IMG/VR virus record: IMGVR_UViG_3300022752_000022
Location: 1-64,000 of that record
Direction: 5' to 3' (one strand)
DNA length: 64,000 nt
From: a virus
Of the stretch, positions 39,757 through 49,172 are shown piece by piece. The position numbers were made by a program, and so were the translations under genes. Numbering within the stretch: position 1 is the stretch's first letter; each line of letters begins with the position of its first letter. The notes under the pieces are model-generated. The model had not been told where the DNA came from. It was given only the letters and a program-made list of their open reading frames with translations, and did no database searches.

Positions 39757-40670
39757 CGATTAATCCTGATCATCCTGTATACATCGTATCTAAAGGTAGA
39801 TCGGATACGATGATTACATCAAAGTCACTTTCACGCATGAAAGTGCCGCATTACATTGTGATTGAACCACAAGATCATAAGAGTTATGATACAGCATTAG
39901 ATACATTTAACATCCGTGATTATGTAACACTCTTAGTTGCACCATTTTCAAATCATGGTGATGGTCCCGGTCGTGCAAGAAACTATGCATGGGATCATGC
40001 GATTTCAATTGGTGCTGAAAAGCACTGGGTGCTTGATGATAATATTGCAGACTTTTATCGTCTGAATGAGAACAAAAGAATCCGAGTTGAATCTGGTGTT
40101 ATATTTTATGCAGCGGAACAGTTCATTGATCGCTTTGAGAATGTTCCGATTTCTGGATTTCAATATCGCTTTTTCATTGCACCCAATCAAAAGTATCCAC
40201 CGTATGTGAAGAATACCCGAATCTATTCTACATTGCTTATTTCAAATGATTGTAAACATCGGTGGCGTGGTCGGTACAATGAAGATACAGATATTTGTTT
40301 GCGTGTCCTGAAAGATGGTGATTGCACTATTCAATTCAACGCTTTTCTTCAAGGTAAAGCAGCAACACAAACAGTCAAGGGCGGTAACACCGCAGAATTT
40401 TATCATGCTGAAGGTGATCTAGATAAAAGCAAATGGCGAGATGGTAGACTGAATGCTCAGGGCACCATCAAGAAATCCCAAATGCTTGCTGACTTGCATC
40501 CTGATGTTGCGAGAGTTGTCTGGAGATATGGCCGCTGGCATCATTATGTTGACTATGGTCCATTCAAGAAAAACCAGCTGATTCTCAAGAACGGTGTGCA
40601 GATTGAAAAGGGTGTAAACAATTTCGGAATGAGACTGATTACGAATTATAAATCGCCTGATGTTGTGTAA
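39753..40670 (+). CDS. GT-A fold glycosyltransferase, TET-associated/GREB1-like type
   Basis: PVYIVSKGR, GPGRARNYAWD, HWVLDDNI, RWRGRYNEDTDICLRVLK motifs; ATGA overlap at 39753-39756. Confidence 0.78.
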   Translation: MTINPDHPVYIVSKGRSDTMITSKSLSRMKVPHYIVIEPQDHKSYDTALDTFNIRDYVTLLVAPFSNHGDGPGRARNYAWDHAISIGAEKHWVLDDNIADFYRLNENKRIRVESGVIFYAAEQFIDRFENVPISGFQYRFFIAPNQKYPPYVKNTRIYSTLLISNDCKHRWRGRYNEDTDICLRVLKDGDCTIQFNAFLQGKAATQTVKGGNTAEFYHAEGDLDKSKWRDGRLNAQGTIKKSQMLADLHPDVARVVWRYGRWHHYVDYGPFKKNQLILKNGVQIEKGVNNFGMRLITNYKSPDVV

Positions 40671-40710
40671 AAACAACAGTCTTGACTTTCTTGTCCAACC
40701 CATGTAAACT
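40661..40710 (+). promoter_or_regulatory. Early sigma70-type promoter with upstream TGTTG-N8-CAACA palindrome
   Basis: TGTTG tgtaaaaa CAACA (40661-40678), then TTGACT-17-TAAACT. Confidence 0.7.
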
Positions 40711-40733
40711 ACATAGGTAACTGAGAGGGAACA

Positions 40734-42917
40734 ATGACTAACCTAGAAACAACAAAATCCACGCTAGCCAGACTGCTAGCAACAGAGAATCTCAATATTG
40801 AGATCCGAAAAGCGGAAACAGCAGCATTCAATCCCAATACTCGGACGTTGATTCTTCCACTCTGGAAAGATATCTCTCCAGAACTCTATGATCTTCTGGT
40901 CGGCCACGAAGTCGGCCATGCATTAGATACACCCGCTGAAGGTTGGCATGATGCTATTGTAGAGAACATGAAGCCTGGATTCAAGTCTTTCCTGAATGTG
41001 GTAGAGGATGCTCGGATTGAACGGAAAATCAAAACACGTTACCCAGGGCTCCGCAAGTCCTTTGTGATTGGTTACCGTGAACTATGCGATAAAAATTTCT
41101 TTGGCTTAGACGGCAAGGATGTGAATGATTCTCTGCTAATTGACCGTATCAATGTACACTTCAAATTAGGCGTATCAGCCAACGTACAATTCAAACCAGA
41201 AGAGCAATACTTTCTGGATAAAATTGAAGCAACAGAAACCTTTGAAGATGTATACCAAGTGGCTAAAGAGTTGTACGAATATTGCAAAGAGGAAATGCAA
41301 GACCTTCAGCAACAGCCACAACCTGAGGCTGGATCGCCTGATGAAACTGGTGAAGATTCTGGCGATTCTTCTGGCGAAGGTGAGTCTTCAGGAACATCTG
41401 AACAGTCTGGTGAAAAACAAGAAATGCAAGGCGATGCTACCGACAGTAGTGACGGTGATGGAGAAGAGGAGGGCGAAGAGTCATCCGATACTGATTCTAG
41501 TTACGGTAAAGATTCTAGCAAGTCAGGCGATGCCGACAATTTTGATCCAGTGTCCGAGACTGATACAGCATTTCAAGAAGCTATGAAAAGCCTCAGTCAA
41601 ACCACTGGCGAATTGGTAACGGGTCATCTCCATCATCCAAACAATTTTGATTACGATAACATTGTTGTTCACTGGAAGAATTGCGTCGGCAAATTGGTAG
41701 AGGCTGAATACCAATTCAGCCCTAGTCTTCTAAAGGAATTTGAAGCCAAAAACAAGAATGCTCTTATGTATCTTGTTAAAGAGTTTGAAATGCGAAAGAG
41801 AGCATCCGAACTTCGCCGTGTGTCGGTTGCACAAACTGGTCAACTTGATACCAATAAGTTGCATACTTATAAATTTAATGACGATATCTTCCGTCGTGTT
41901 GCAAGTGTTTCACAAGGCAAGAATCACGGGCTATACATTGTGATTGACTGGTCTGGTTCAATGGGCGACAATCTTAAAGGTACGATTGAGCAATTGATTA
42001 CCCTTACTCAATTCTGTAAGAAAATCAACGTGCCCTTTGAAGTGATGGCCTTTGCTACTGAGTATCACATAAAAAATGAATTCGGTGGAAGAATTTCAGG
42101 AGTTCCACTTAAGCAAGGCGTTGATGTAAAAAATCACTTGCAAATTGGCTCATTCAATCTTTTGAACCTGCTTTCATCAACTATGCCTGATAAAGTTTAT
42201 CGGCAAATGTGTAATGATTTATTGAACGCAGGTGCAATGCGTGGTAGGTACTTGAAGAGTAATTTTCGTTTGGGTGGCACTCCGCTCAATGAAACAGTCA
42301 TGGTTCTTCCTAAACTTGTAAATGATTTTAAAATGAAGAATCGGTTGCAAATTGTGAATGTAGCCATTCTAACGGACGGCGAAGATTCCGATCACATTCC
42401 GGTGAATGGTACATTCGGTTTTTCTAGTGGAATTCAATCCAGCACAAACAATAGAACTTGTATCATTATTGATAACGAAACCAAGAAGAGTTACAAAACC
42501 GAGAGTCGCCGTGGTGCTGTTACCATTGCACTGCTAAAAATTCTCAAGGATAAAACTGGCTGTAATCTCCTTGGCTTTTACATTACGCAACCATGGCGCA
42601 GTGCTTACGCTGATGTTATGCAAAAATTTACTAATGATACTAAGTATAGCAGATACAAATCTCCTGAAACTGCAAGAGAATCCTATGCTAAGTGGAAAGA
42701 AACGAAGGTTGATGTTATTACCGATTGGGGCTTTGATGAATACTACATCATTCCTGGTGGTAATGAGTTGAATGTGGATGATGATGATTTGGACGATATC
42801 ATTGGTCAAGGTGTGAATGTTACGGCTCGCAAATTGCGTGGCGCATTCCTGAAGATGAATCAGAACCGACTGACGAACCGTGTGTTGCTCCGAAAATTCA
42901 TTGAGAAGGTGTCGTAA
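40734..42917 (+). CDS. CobT-like protein (HExxH peptidase-like N-domain, acidic linker, vWA domain)
   Basis: HEVGHAL, NVVEDARIE, Asp/Glu/Ser/Gly-rich linker, IDWSGSM MIDAS, GGTPL, LTDGE. Confidence 0.85.
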   Translation: MTNLETTKSTLARLLATENLNIEIRKAETAAFNPNTRTLILPLWKDISPELYDLLVGHEVGHALDTPAEGWHDAIVENMKPGFKSFLNVVEDARIERKIKTRYPGLRKSFVIGYRELCDKNFFGLDGKDVNDSLLIDRINVHFKLGVSANVQFKPEEQYFLDKIEATETFEDVYQVAKELYEYCKEEMQDLQQQPQPEAGSPDETGEDSGDSSGEGESSGTSEQSGEKQEMQGDATDSSDGDGEEEGEESSDTDSSYGKDSSKSGDADNFDPVSETDTAFQEAMKSLSQTTGELVTGHLHHPNNFDYDNIVVHWKNCVGKLVEAEYQFSPSLLKEFEAKNKNALMYLVKEFEMRKRASELRRVSVAQTGQLDTNKLHTYKFNDDIFRRVASVSQGKNHGLYIVIDWSGSMGDNLKGTIEQLITLTQFCKKINVPFEVMAFATEYHIKNEFGGRISGVPLKQGVDVKNHLQIGSFNLLNLLSSTMPDKVYRQMCNDLLNAGAMRGRYLKSNFRLGGTPLNETVMVLPKLVNDFKMKNRLQIVNVAILTDGEDSDHIPVNGTFGFSSGIQSSTNNRTCIIIDNETKKSYKTESRRGAVTIALLKILKDKTGCNLLGFYITQPWRSAYADVMQKFTNDTKYSRYKSPETARESYAKWKETKVDVITDWGFDEYYIIPGGNELNVDDDDLDDIIGQGVNVTARKLRGAFLKMNQNRLTNRVLLRKFIEKVS

Positions 42918-42985
42918 AAATGCAACAACACCATGTTGCAAAAAAACAACATGGTGTTGACATTTCAGCAAAACCTCTGTATGAT
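42910..42985 (+). promoter_or_regulatory. Early sigma70 promoter with two upstream palindromic boxes
   Basis: TGTCG-N8-CAACA (42910-27), TGTTG-N8-CAACA (42934-51), then TTGACA-17-TATGAT (42957-85). Confidence 0.78.
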
Positions 42986-43016
42986 TACATTATGAACTTT
43001 GATAAGGAACTTTGAA

Positions 43017-44210
43017 ATGACTAGCCGTGCAGATAAAATTGAATATCTCACCACAATTCTTAACCGCTTTGGCACTACGGTAACAATGGAGCAATTGAAG
43101 CAGTTGGACTCCGAGGGTATCAAGCGCCAGGTGTGGGTCTCTGGCGAAAAGTATCGTATTGGCCGTGGTCTGTACCAGCTCCCTCTGGCCGAGTACGGCA
43201 TCAATATGGCGGGTACTGTTATGCCCATGCGAAAGCCTGAGCCGGTAGCAGCGGCTCCAGTGGTTCCAGTTGCACCTGCAATTCCACAAGAGAAAGCAGC
43301 AACCAAAATCTCCAAGGTTCTCCGAATCGATGATGGTCCGACGGTGCCTAAGACTGATCCATTGTACGTACCATTCGGTTTCTACGATAAAATGCTTAAG
43401 ATTGTGACTTCAAAGCAATTTTATCCGGTGTTCGTTTCTGGACTGTCTGGCAATGGTAAGACAATGATGGTTGAGCAAGCCTGTGCTAAACTTGGTCGAG
43501 AATTCATGCGAGTCAATATCACGCCGGAAACGGATGAGGATGACTTGATTGGTGGGTTCCGCTTGATTGACGGTGAAACCCGCTGGTTCGACGGGCCTGT
43601 GCTCCAGGCCATGAAGTCCGGTGCAATTCTCTGCCTCGATGAAATTGACCGTGGCTCAAACAAACTTATGTGCTTGCAAGGCATTCTTGAGGGCAAGCCA
43701 ATCTTCGTAAAGAAGACTGGTGAAACCGTGTCACCTGGACCTGGATTCAACGTGATAGCAACCGCTAACACAAAAGGTAAAGGCGATGAAACTGGTCGAT
43801 TCATGGCTGCGACAATCCTTGATGATGCATTCCTGGAGCGGTTTCCAATCACGGTTGAGCAAGAGTATCCAGACACCAAAGTTGAGACTAAAATTTTAGC
43901 TCGTGTGTTTGATAGTCTTGGTCTCCAAGATAAAGAGTTCTCGGAGATCCTGGTAAAGTGGGCTGATATCATCCGCAAGACATTTGAAGAGGGTGCGATT
44001 GATGAATTGATTTCCACTCGCCGTCTGGTGTCTATTGCGAAAGCATACCAGATTTTCGAGAACCGTGAGGATGCGATTCAGTATTGTATCAACCGCTTTG
44101 ATGCTGAAACCAAAACAGCATTCATGGATCTCTACAGCAAGTTGGTTCCTTCTGAGCCTGTTGCGTCTTCAGCACCAGAAGCATCAGCCGATGAAGACAT
44201 ACCTTTCTAA
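43017..44210 (+). CDS. cobS: CobS-like MoxR-family AAA+ ATPase
   Basis: GLSGNGKT Walker A, LCLDEIDR Walker B, ATANTKGKG, AFLERF, STRRLV; TAAGGA RBS before the ATG at 43017. The symbol follows phage annotation convention only. Confidence 0.88.
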   Translation: MTSRADKIEYLTTILNRFGTTVTMEQLKQLDSEGIKRQVWVSGEKYRIGRGLYQLPLAEYGINMAGTVMPMRKPEPVAAAPVVPVAPAIPQEKAATKISKVLRIDDGPTVPKTDPLYVPFGFYDKMLKIVTSKQFYPVFVSGLSGNGKTMMVEQACAKLGREFMRVNITPETDEDDLIGGFRLIDGETRWFDGPVLQAMKSGAILCLDEIDRGSNKLMCLQGILEGKPIFVKKTGETVSPGPGFNVIATANTKGKGDETGRFMAATILDDAFLERFPITVEQEYPDTKVETKILARVFDSLGLQDKEFSEILVKWADIIRKTFEEGAIDELISTRRLVSIAKAYQIFENREDAIQYCINRFDAETKTAFMDLYSKLVPSEPVASSAPEASADEDIPF

Positions 44211-44227
44211 GAAGAAAATATTCTACG

Positions 44228-44255
44228 AAGTGGTCGAGAAATCGGCCACTTTTTT
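44228..44255 (+). terminator. Rho-independent terminator
   Basis: AAGTGGTCGA-GAAA-TCGGCCACTT followed by a T-run. Confidence 0.85.
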
Positions 44256-44296
44256 CATATATAATAATAATATGACAACTTTAAAATGGAGTTACT

Positions 44297-45133
44297 ATGG
44301 AAATAAGAATTGACATTGAAAAAATCAGGGAGAAAAAGGTGTTCATTGCGACACCAATGTACGGCGGCCAGTGTTATGGTGGTTATACAAAATCTATTGC
44401 AGACTTTATGGTCCTCTGTACTCGATATAAGATTGAATGCAAATTATTTTTTATGTTCAATGAATCACTCATTACAAGAGCACGAAATTACTTGGCCGAC
44501 GAATTCATGCGCTCGGACTATACTCATTTGCTTTTCATTGATAGTGATATAACTTTTAACGCACAAGACATTCTTGTGATGTTACATTACTCCGAAGATG
44601 AAGATAAAGATGTTATCTGTGGGCCTTATCCTAAGAAAGCAATCTCATGGGAAAAAGTAAAGGCTGCGGTTGATAAAGGCTTTGCTGATAAAGATCCACT
44701 TGCACTTGAAAATTTCACCGGCGACTACGTGTTTAATCCTGTAGACGGTACAGAAAGAATTGCACTAGGTGAACCCGCTGAAGTGAAAGAAGGCGGTACT
44801 GGATTTATGTTAGTGAGAAGAAATGTTTTTGAGAGAATGAGCGAATTATATCCTGAAAGATCGTACAAACCTGATCATGTACGAACAAAAGCATTTGATG
44901 GTAGCCGTGAAATTATGGCTTACTTTGATTGTGTAATTGATCCTGATTCAAAGCGATATCTATCTGAAGACTACATGTTTTGTCAGTATGCAAGAAAAGC
45001 TGGTCTTAAAGTTTGGATGTTGCCGTGGCTAGAATTAAAACACACAGGTTCTTACACTTGGGGTGGCTCTCTATCTGCACTTGCGGCAGTTGGTGCATCT
45101 CCAACAGCATCAAGGACCGCACCGAAACGATGA
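44297..45133 (+). CDS. GT-A fold glycosyltransferase-like protein
   Basis: VFIATPMYGG, ESLITRARN, HLLFIDSDI (DxD), GTGFMLVRR, YLSEDYMFC motifs. Confidence 0.8.
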   Translation: MEIRIDIEKIREKKVFIATPMYGGQCYGGYTKSIADFMVLCTRYKIECKLFFMFNESLITRARNYLADEFMRSDYTHLLFIDSDITFNAQDILVMLHYSEDEDKDVICGPYPKKAISWEKVKAAVDKGFADKDPLALENFTGDYVFNPVDGTERIALGEPAEVKEGGTGFMLVRRNVFERMSELYPERSYKPDHVRTKAFDGSREIMAYFDCVIDPDSKRYLSEDYMFCQYARKAGLKVWMLPWLELKHTGSYTWGGSLSALAAVGASPTASRTAPKR

Positions 45134-45537
45134 AGCCAATTGGTTATAAGTATAATGAAGATACACTTCTAAAGGAAATAGAAGCCTATATTGATGGTAC
45201 ATACGGTGAACACTATTCACAAAATAAATTTCAAGCTACAGAATTTATCATTGACTCTGGTCATGGTGAAGGTTTCACTATAGGTAATGTGATTAAGTAT
45301 GCACAACGTTATGGAAAAAAAGGAGGTCGTAATCGAAAAGACTTGCTAAAAGTAATTCACTATGCTATTATGATGCTTTATATCCACGACACTTATTATT
45401 ATGGAGAAGTGAAAGATGAAGTTAAACGAGAAGACACTGGAAGTCTTGAAAAACTTTTCAACAATCAACACAGGAATGATGTTTCGCAAAGGCAATTTGT
45501 TGAGGGTTATTTCAGCACAAAAAGCGATAGTCGGTAA
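45130..45537 (+). CDS. DUF3310-like protein (putative nucleotide-modification-associated)
   Basis: HYSQNKFQATEFI..GFTIGNVIKYAQRYGKK..DLLKVIHY; ATGA-coupled start at 45130; 3' end overlaps gp45. Confidence 0.75.
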   Translation: MKPIGYKYNEDTLLKEIEAYIDGTYGEHYSQNKFQATEFIIDSGHGEGFTIGNVIKYAQRYGKKGGRNRKDLLKVIHYAIMMLYIHDTYYYGEVKDEVKREDTGSLEKLFNNQHRNDVSQRQFVEGYFSTKSDSR

Positions 45538-46093
45538 AGCGATTATCAACGACATCATTCCTGATGAGTTTTGTATCTATGATTTGAATCGATTTCTTTC
45601 TGTTGTAGGTTCTCTAGAAGCACCTGAAATTACGATTCAAAAAACTAAAGACGGTGGTGCAGGCAGTGCAGTCATCAATTCAGGCAATGCTAAACTTGTC
45701 TATCGATTGACAGATGAATCTATGATTGTTGCAGCGCCTGATAAAGATATCAAAGTGTCTAACGCTGAAGTTCAATTCACGTTGAAAAAGGATCACCTGG
45801 TGCAAGTCCTAAAACTTTCAGGCATTCTCGGTTTGCCGCATATTGCTGTCACAGGCAATCGTGAAAAGATTACCATTGCAGCAGTAGATGGTAAGAACGA
45901 AGGTTCTGATACATTCTCACTAGAAGTTGGTGAGACTACAGCAGACTTTAGGTTCGTGTTCGGCGTCGGCAACTTCAAATTGATTCCTACAGATTATGAA
46001 GTCAATGCATCATCAAAGGGTATTGCACACTTTGAATCTAAGACGTTAGAATACTGGATCGCAATGGAACCTGGATCGAGGTACGAAGCATGA
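45416..46093 (+). CDS. gp45: Sliding clamp gp45
   Basis: MKLNEKTLEVLKNFSTIN, FCIYDLNRFL, YWIAME motifs. Confidence 0.93.
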   Translation: MKLNEKTLEVLKNFSTINTGMMFRKGNLLRVISAQKAIVGKAIINDIIPDEFCIYDLNRFLSVVGSLEAPEITIQKTKDGGAGSAVINSGNAKLVYRLTDESMIVAAPDKDIKVSNAEVQFTLKKDHLVQVLKLSGILGLPHIAVTGNREKITIAAVDGKNEGSDTFSLEVGETTADFRFVFGVGNFKLIPTDYEVNASSKGIAHFESKTLEYWIAMEPGSRYEA

Positions 46094-46347
46094 GTGTAAC
46101 TATTCCGTCGTCGCCAGAAGACAAGAAAAAAATTCGGCAAGCATTGCAAGAAATCTCCGATTCTCTGACTCGCATGGAAGCAGAAAGAGACTTGATCAAA
46201 GATATTCTTCAGACTGTTGAAGACAACTATCAGATTAAGAAAAAGTACACTCGGAGACTTGCTAAAGTCTATCATAAGCAAAACTTCACGCAAGTGCAAC
46301 AAGACCAACAGGACTTAGAAACACTTTACGAATCCGTTGCAAAGTGA
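46090..46347 (+). CDS. dsbA: dsDNA-binding protein, T4 DsbA-like
   Basis: ERDLIKDI..RRLAKVYHKQNF..LYESV resembles T4 DsbA. Confidence 0.7.
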   Translation: MSVTIPSSPEDKKKIRQALQEISDSLTRMEAERDLIKDILQTVEDNYQIKKKYTRRLAKVYHKQNFTQVQQDQQDLETLYESVAK

Positions 46348-46380
46348 TATAATGTTATTTTTTTATTATGTGGAGATGGT

Positions 46381-47322
46381 ATGCGTGAAGATTTTCTTTG
46401 GACTGAAAAACATAGACCAAAAAAGATTGCTGATACGATTCTACCTGACGATTTGAAAGCTACGTTTCAAGAATTTGTCAACAATCAAAACATACCTAAT
46501 TTGATTCTTGCTGGTGGACCTGGTGTTGGTAAAACTACCGTTGCAAGAGCGATGCTTGAAGAACTCGGTGCAGATTATATTGTTATCAATGGAAGTATGA
46601 ATGGTAACATTGATACTCTGAGAAATGAAATTAAAAACTATGCGTCTACAATGTCATTTGTTGGTGGTCGTAAGTATGTTATACTTGACGAAGCTGACTA
46701 TCTTAATCCTCAGAGCACTCAGCCAGCCCTTCGTAATTTCATGGAAGAGTTTTCTTCTAATTGTGGCTTTATTCTTACTTGTAATTATCTGAATCGTATC
46801 ATAGCACCTTTACATAGTCGGTGTTCTGTGATACAATTTAAGATTGTAAATGGAACAAGAAAGAAACTTGCAGCGCAGTTTATCAAACGTGTTGAAGACA
46901 TTCTCAAAAAAGAGAACGTTGAATATGATAAAGCAGTAATTGCTGAAGTCATTATGAAACACTTGCCCGATTGGCGCCGAGTGTTGAATGAACTCCAACG
47001 ATATGCACCAACTGGTAAGATTGATAGTGGCATTCTGTCTAATATGTCGGATGCAAATATCAAAGACCTTATCAAGCGATTGAAAGAGAAAGATTTTTCT
47101 GGTATGAGAAAGTGGGTTGTTGAAAATTTAGACAATGAACCGCAAGCAATCTTTCGTATGATTTTTGATCATGCAAATGATGCACTTGAATCTAGATCAA
47201 TTCCACAACTTGTTTTATATCTTGCTGAGTATCAATATAAAGCAGCATTCGTGGTTGATCAAGAAATCAATCTAGTAGCATTTCTTACACAAGTTATGGC
47301 AGATTGTGAGTTTAAATCATGA
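46381..47322 (+). CDS. gp44: Clamp loader large subunit gp44
   Basis: LWTEKHRP, GGPGVGKTT, ILDEADYL, PLHSRC motifs. Confidence 0.95.
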   Translation: MREDFLWTEKHRPKKIADTILPDDLKATFQEFVNNQNIPNLILAGGPGVGKTTVARAMLEELGADYIVINGSMNGNIDTLRNEIKNYASTMSFVGGRKYVILDEADYLNPQSTQPALRNFMEEFSSNCGFILTCNYLNRIIAPLHSRCSVIQFKIVNGTRKKLAAQFIKRVEDILKKENVEYDKAVIAEVIMKHLPDWRRVLNELQRYAPTGKIDSGILSNMSDANIKDLIKRLKEKDFSGMRKWVVENLDNEPQAIFRMIFDHANDALESRSIPQLVLYLAEYQYKAAFVVDQEINLVAFLTQVMADCEFKS

Positions 47323-47789
47323 GAACGCAATTAACAAGGGAGCAAAAGATTGAGATTCTCGGAAAGATGGGTGAGAAGTATGTAGGAAACTATCTTGCCG
47401 AGACTCGCAAGGTCCAACATTCGTTGGACAATTTTGATTCCGAAAAAGATATGACAGCAGATGGCAAAACTGTTGAAGTGAAAGTTGGCACACCATTTAT
47501 CGTTGAAAAATCTATTTCATTCAAACGAAGCCAACTACCAAAATGTAGAGGAGTGGATGAATTCTATTACGTTACAATTCCTGCACCGAAGTATAAGTAT
47601 CGCTGGAGTGGTTGGTTGTTTCGCATAGAAAACACATTCAAATGTCGCATAAGAAAAGTGACAAGATCAAATGGATGGATTGATGAAATGGCATTGATAC
47701 CGATTGAACAAGAAGCGGTCATTCCGATACATAAAGTGCCAGATTCTGTCATTGCTGAAATGATGAAATACACAACCTCAAATTATTGA
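47319..47789 (+). CDS. Putative PD-(D/E)xK nuclease
   Basis: LGKMGEKYV..KDMTADGKTVEVK fits E..D..ExK; lies between gp44 and gp62. Confidence 0.6.
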   Translation: MRTQLTREQKIEILGKMGEKYVGNYLAETRKVQHSLDNFDSEKDMTADGKTVEVKVGTPFIVEKSISFKRSQLPKCRGVDEFYYVTIPAPKYKYRWSGWLFRIENTFKCRIRKVTRSNGWIDEMALIPIEQEAVIPIHKVPDSVIAEMMKYTTSNY

Positions 47790-47793
47790 CAAC

Positions 47794-48201
47794 ATGACAC
47801 CCTTTGACTTTTTAAAAGCGATCAATCAGACAAAAGAGAATCTGATTGTAGATGAAGTTTCAGAGAAAGCATATACACCATTCATTGTCAATCGTGGCCT
47901 GTCATTCTTTCCAGATACGATTATGTTCGCAAATGAGGTGAATCTAAATTCAATCTTAGATAATAAAGCGCAATTTCTCTTTTTACTAAATAGCATCAGA
48001 CCAAAAAAGCGTTTCAGCAAATGGTTAAAGAGTGAAAAACTTGATGCTGTTGAAGTGATTTCAGAATACTTTGGCTACAGTTATAGAAAAGCTAAAGACA
48101 TTTCAAATCTCTTCACTAAGGATCAAATTCACCAGATGAAACTAAAATTAGAAAAAGGTGGTTTGAACAGTAAGGAGAAACAAAATGGCAGTGAGCATTG
48201 A
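47794..48201 (+). CDS. gp62: Clamp loader small subunit gp62
   Basis: MTPFDFLKAIN, YTPFIVNRGLS, KKRFSKW, EYFGYS, terminal KGG. Confidence 0.92.
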   Translation: MTPFDFLKAINQTKENLIVDEVSEKAYTPFIVNRGLSFFPDTIMFANEVNLNSILDNKAQFLFLLNSIRPKKRFSKWLKSEKLDAVEVISEYFGYSYRKAKDISNLFTKDQIHQMKLKLEKGGLNSKEKQNGSEH

Positions 48202-48586
48202 TGAATTATTGGAGGTGCGTCTAAAACAAGAAGATGATTTTTTAAAAGTGCGTGAAACTCTAACTAGAATTGGTGTAGCATCTAGAAAAGATAAAACTTT
48301 ATATCAATCTTGTCACATCTTACATAAGAAAGGTAAATATTACATAGTACACTTCAAAGAATTATTTGCTTTAGATGGTAAACCAACTGACTTTACGGAT
48401 AATGATCTAGGACGTAGAAATACAATTGCCAATTTATTAGCAGAATGGGGTTTAATTGAAATTGTAAAAAGTGATGTTGCCAAAGATATTGTTGCGCCAC
48501 TATCTCAAATCAAAATCATATCATACAAAGAACGTGACGAATGGCAGTTGACTACAAAATATAACATAGGTAAGAAAAAAATTTAA
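48185..48586 (+). CDS. regA: Translational repressor RegA
   Basis: DDFLKVRETLTRIGVAS, LYQSCHILHK, YYIVHFKELFALDG motifs. Confidence 0.96.
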   Translation: MAVSIDELLEVRLKQEDDFLKVRETLTRIGVASRKDKTLYQSCHILHKKGKYYIVHFKELFALDGKPTDFTDNDLGRRNTIANLLAEWGLIEIVKSDVAKDIVAPLSQIKIISYKERDEWQLTTKYNIGKKKI

Positions 48587-48606
48587 TTTATTGTCAACAA
48601 AATCTC

Positions 48607-48635
48607 TTGACATGCGTTAAATATAATGTGATAAT
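48607..48635 (+). promoter_or_regulatory. sigma70-type promoter
   Basis: TTGACA-17-GATAAT upstream of ORF 48666. Confidence 0.55.
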
Positions 48636-48665
48636 GTATCACATATTTTATTAAAGGAGTTTGAC

Positions 48666-48896
48666 ATGACAAAATTATTTGCAGCATTGATTCTATCATT
48701 ACCCATGATTGCAGTTGCGGCAGATCAGCCAAAAGCAGATGCTAAAGCAGCACCAAAAGCTGAAGCACCAAAAGCTGATGCTAAAGCGGAAGAAAAAGCA
48801 AAGCCAAAAGTGAAACGTCCGGAAGAGCGTAAAGCTGAAGCTGAAGCTAAAAAAGCAGCGGAAGCAAAACCCGCTGAATCAGCAGCTAAGAAATAA
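48666..48896 (+). CDS. Secreted Ala/Lys/Glu/Pro-rich small protein
   Basis: Signal peptide MTKLFAALILSLPMIAVA followed by PKADAKA repeats; AAGGAG RBS. Confidence 0.75.
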   Translation: MTKLFAALILSLPMIAVAADQPKADAKAAPKAEAPKADAKAEEKAKPKVKRPEERKAEAEAKKAAEAKPAESAAKK

Positions 48897-48934
48897 TTCT
48901 TAGTTTCGTTATTAACTTTGATGAGGAAATTGAC

Positions 48935-49156
48935 ATGACACAAAAAGAGAATTTGATTTCATACTTGAAAAATACCGGTCGCTGTATTTCTGGACCACAA
49001 GCAAAAGCAAGATTTGGAATTCAAAATCTAAGCGCACGTATGAGTGAACTTAGAAAAGAAGGTTTTACTGTTGTGACTGGAAAAAACAAAAGCGGTAATA
49101 CCACTTACGAAGTCACACAAAAATCGCAAACACGTTTCGAAAAAAGTGCTCGATAA
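48935..49156 (+). CDS. Winged helix-turn-helix protein
   Basis: ISGPQAKARFGIQNLSARMSELRKEGF motif. Confidence 0.75.
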   Translation: MTQKENLISYLKNTGRCISGPQAKARFGIQNLSARMSELRKEGFTVVTGKNKSGNTTYEVTQKSQTRFEKSAR

Positions 49157-49158
49157 CG

Positions 49159-49166
49159 TATAAATA
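49159..49166 (+). promoter_or_regulatory. T4-type late promoter for hsp20
   Basis: TATAAATA. Confidence 0.75.
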
Positions 49167-49172
49167 AGTTTA

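Noticed and set aside
40734-44210. Cobalamin-biosynthesis function for the cobT/cobS-like genes
   Set aside because: No cobN or other cob genes are in the window; the pair is a generic MoxR AAA+/vWA module.
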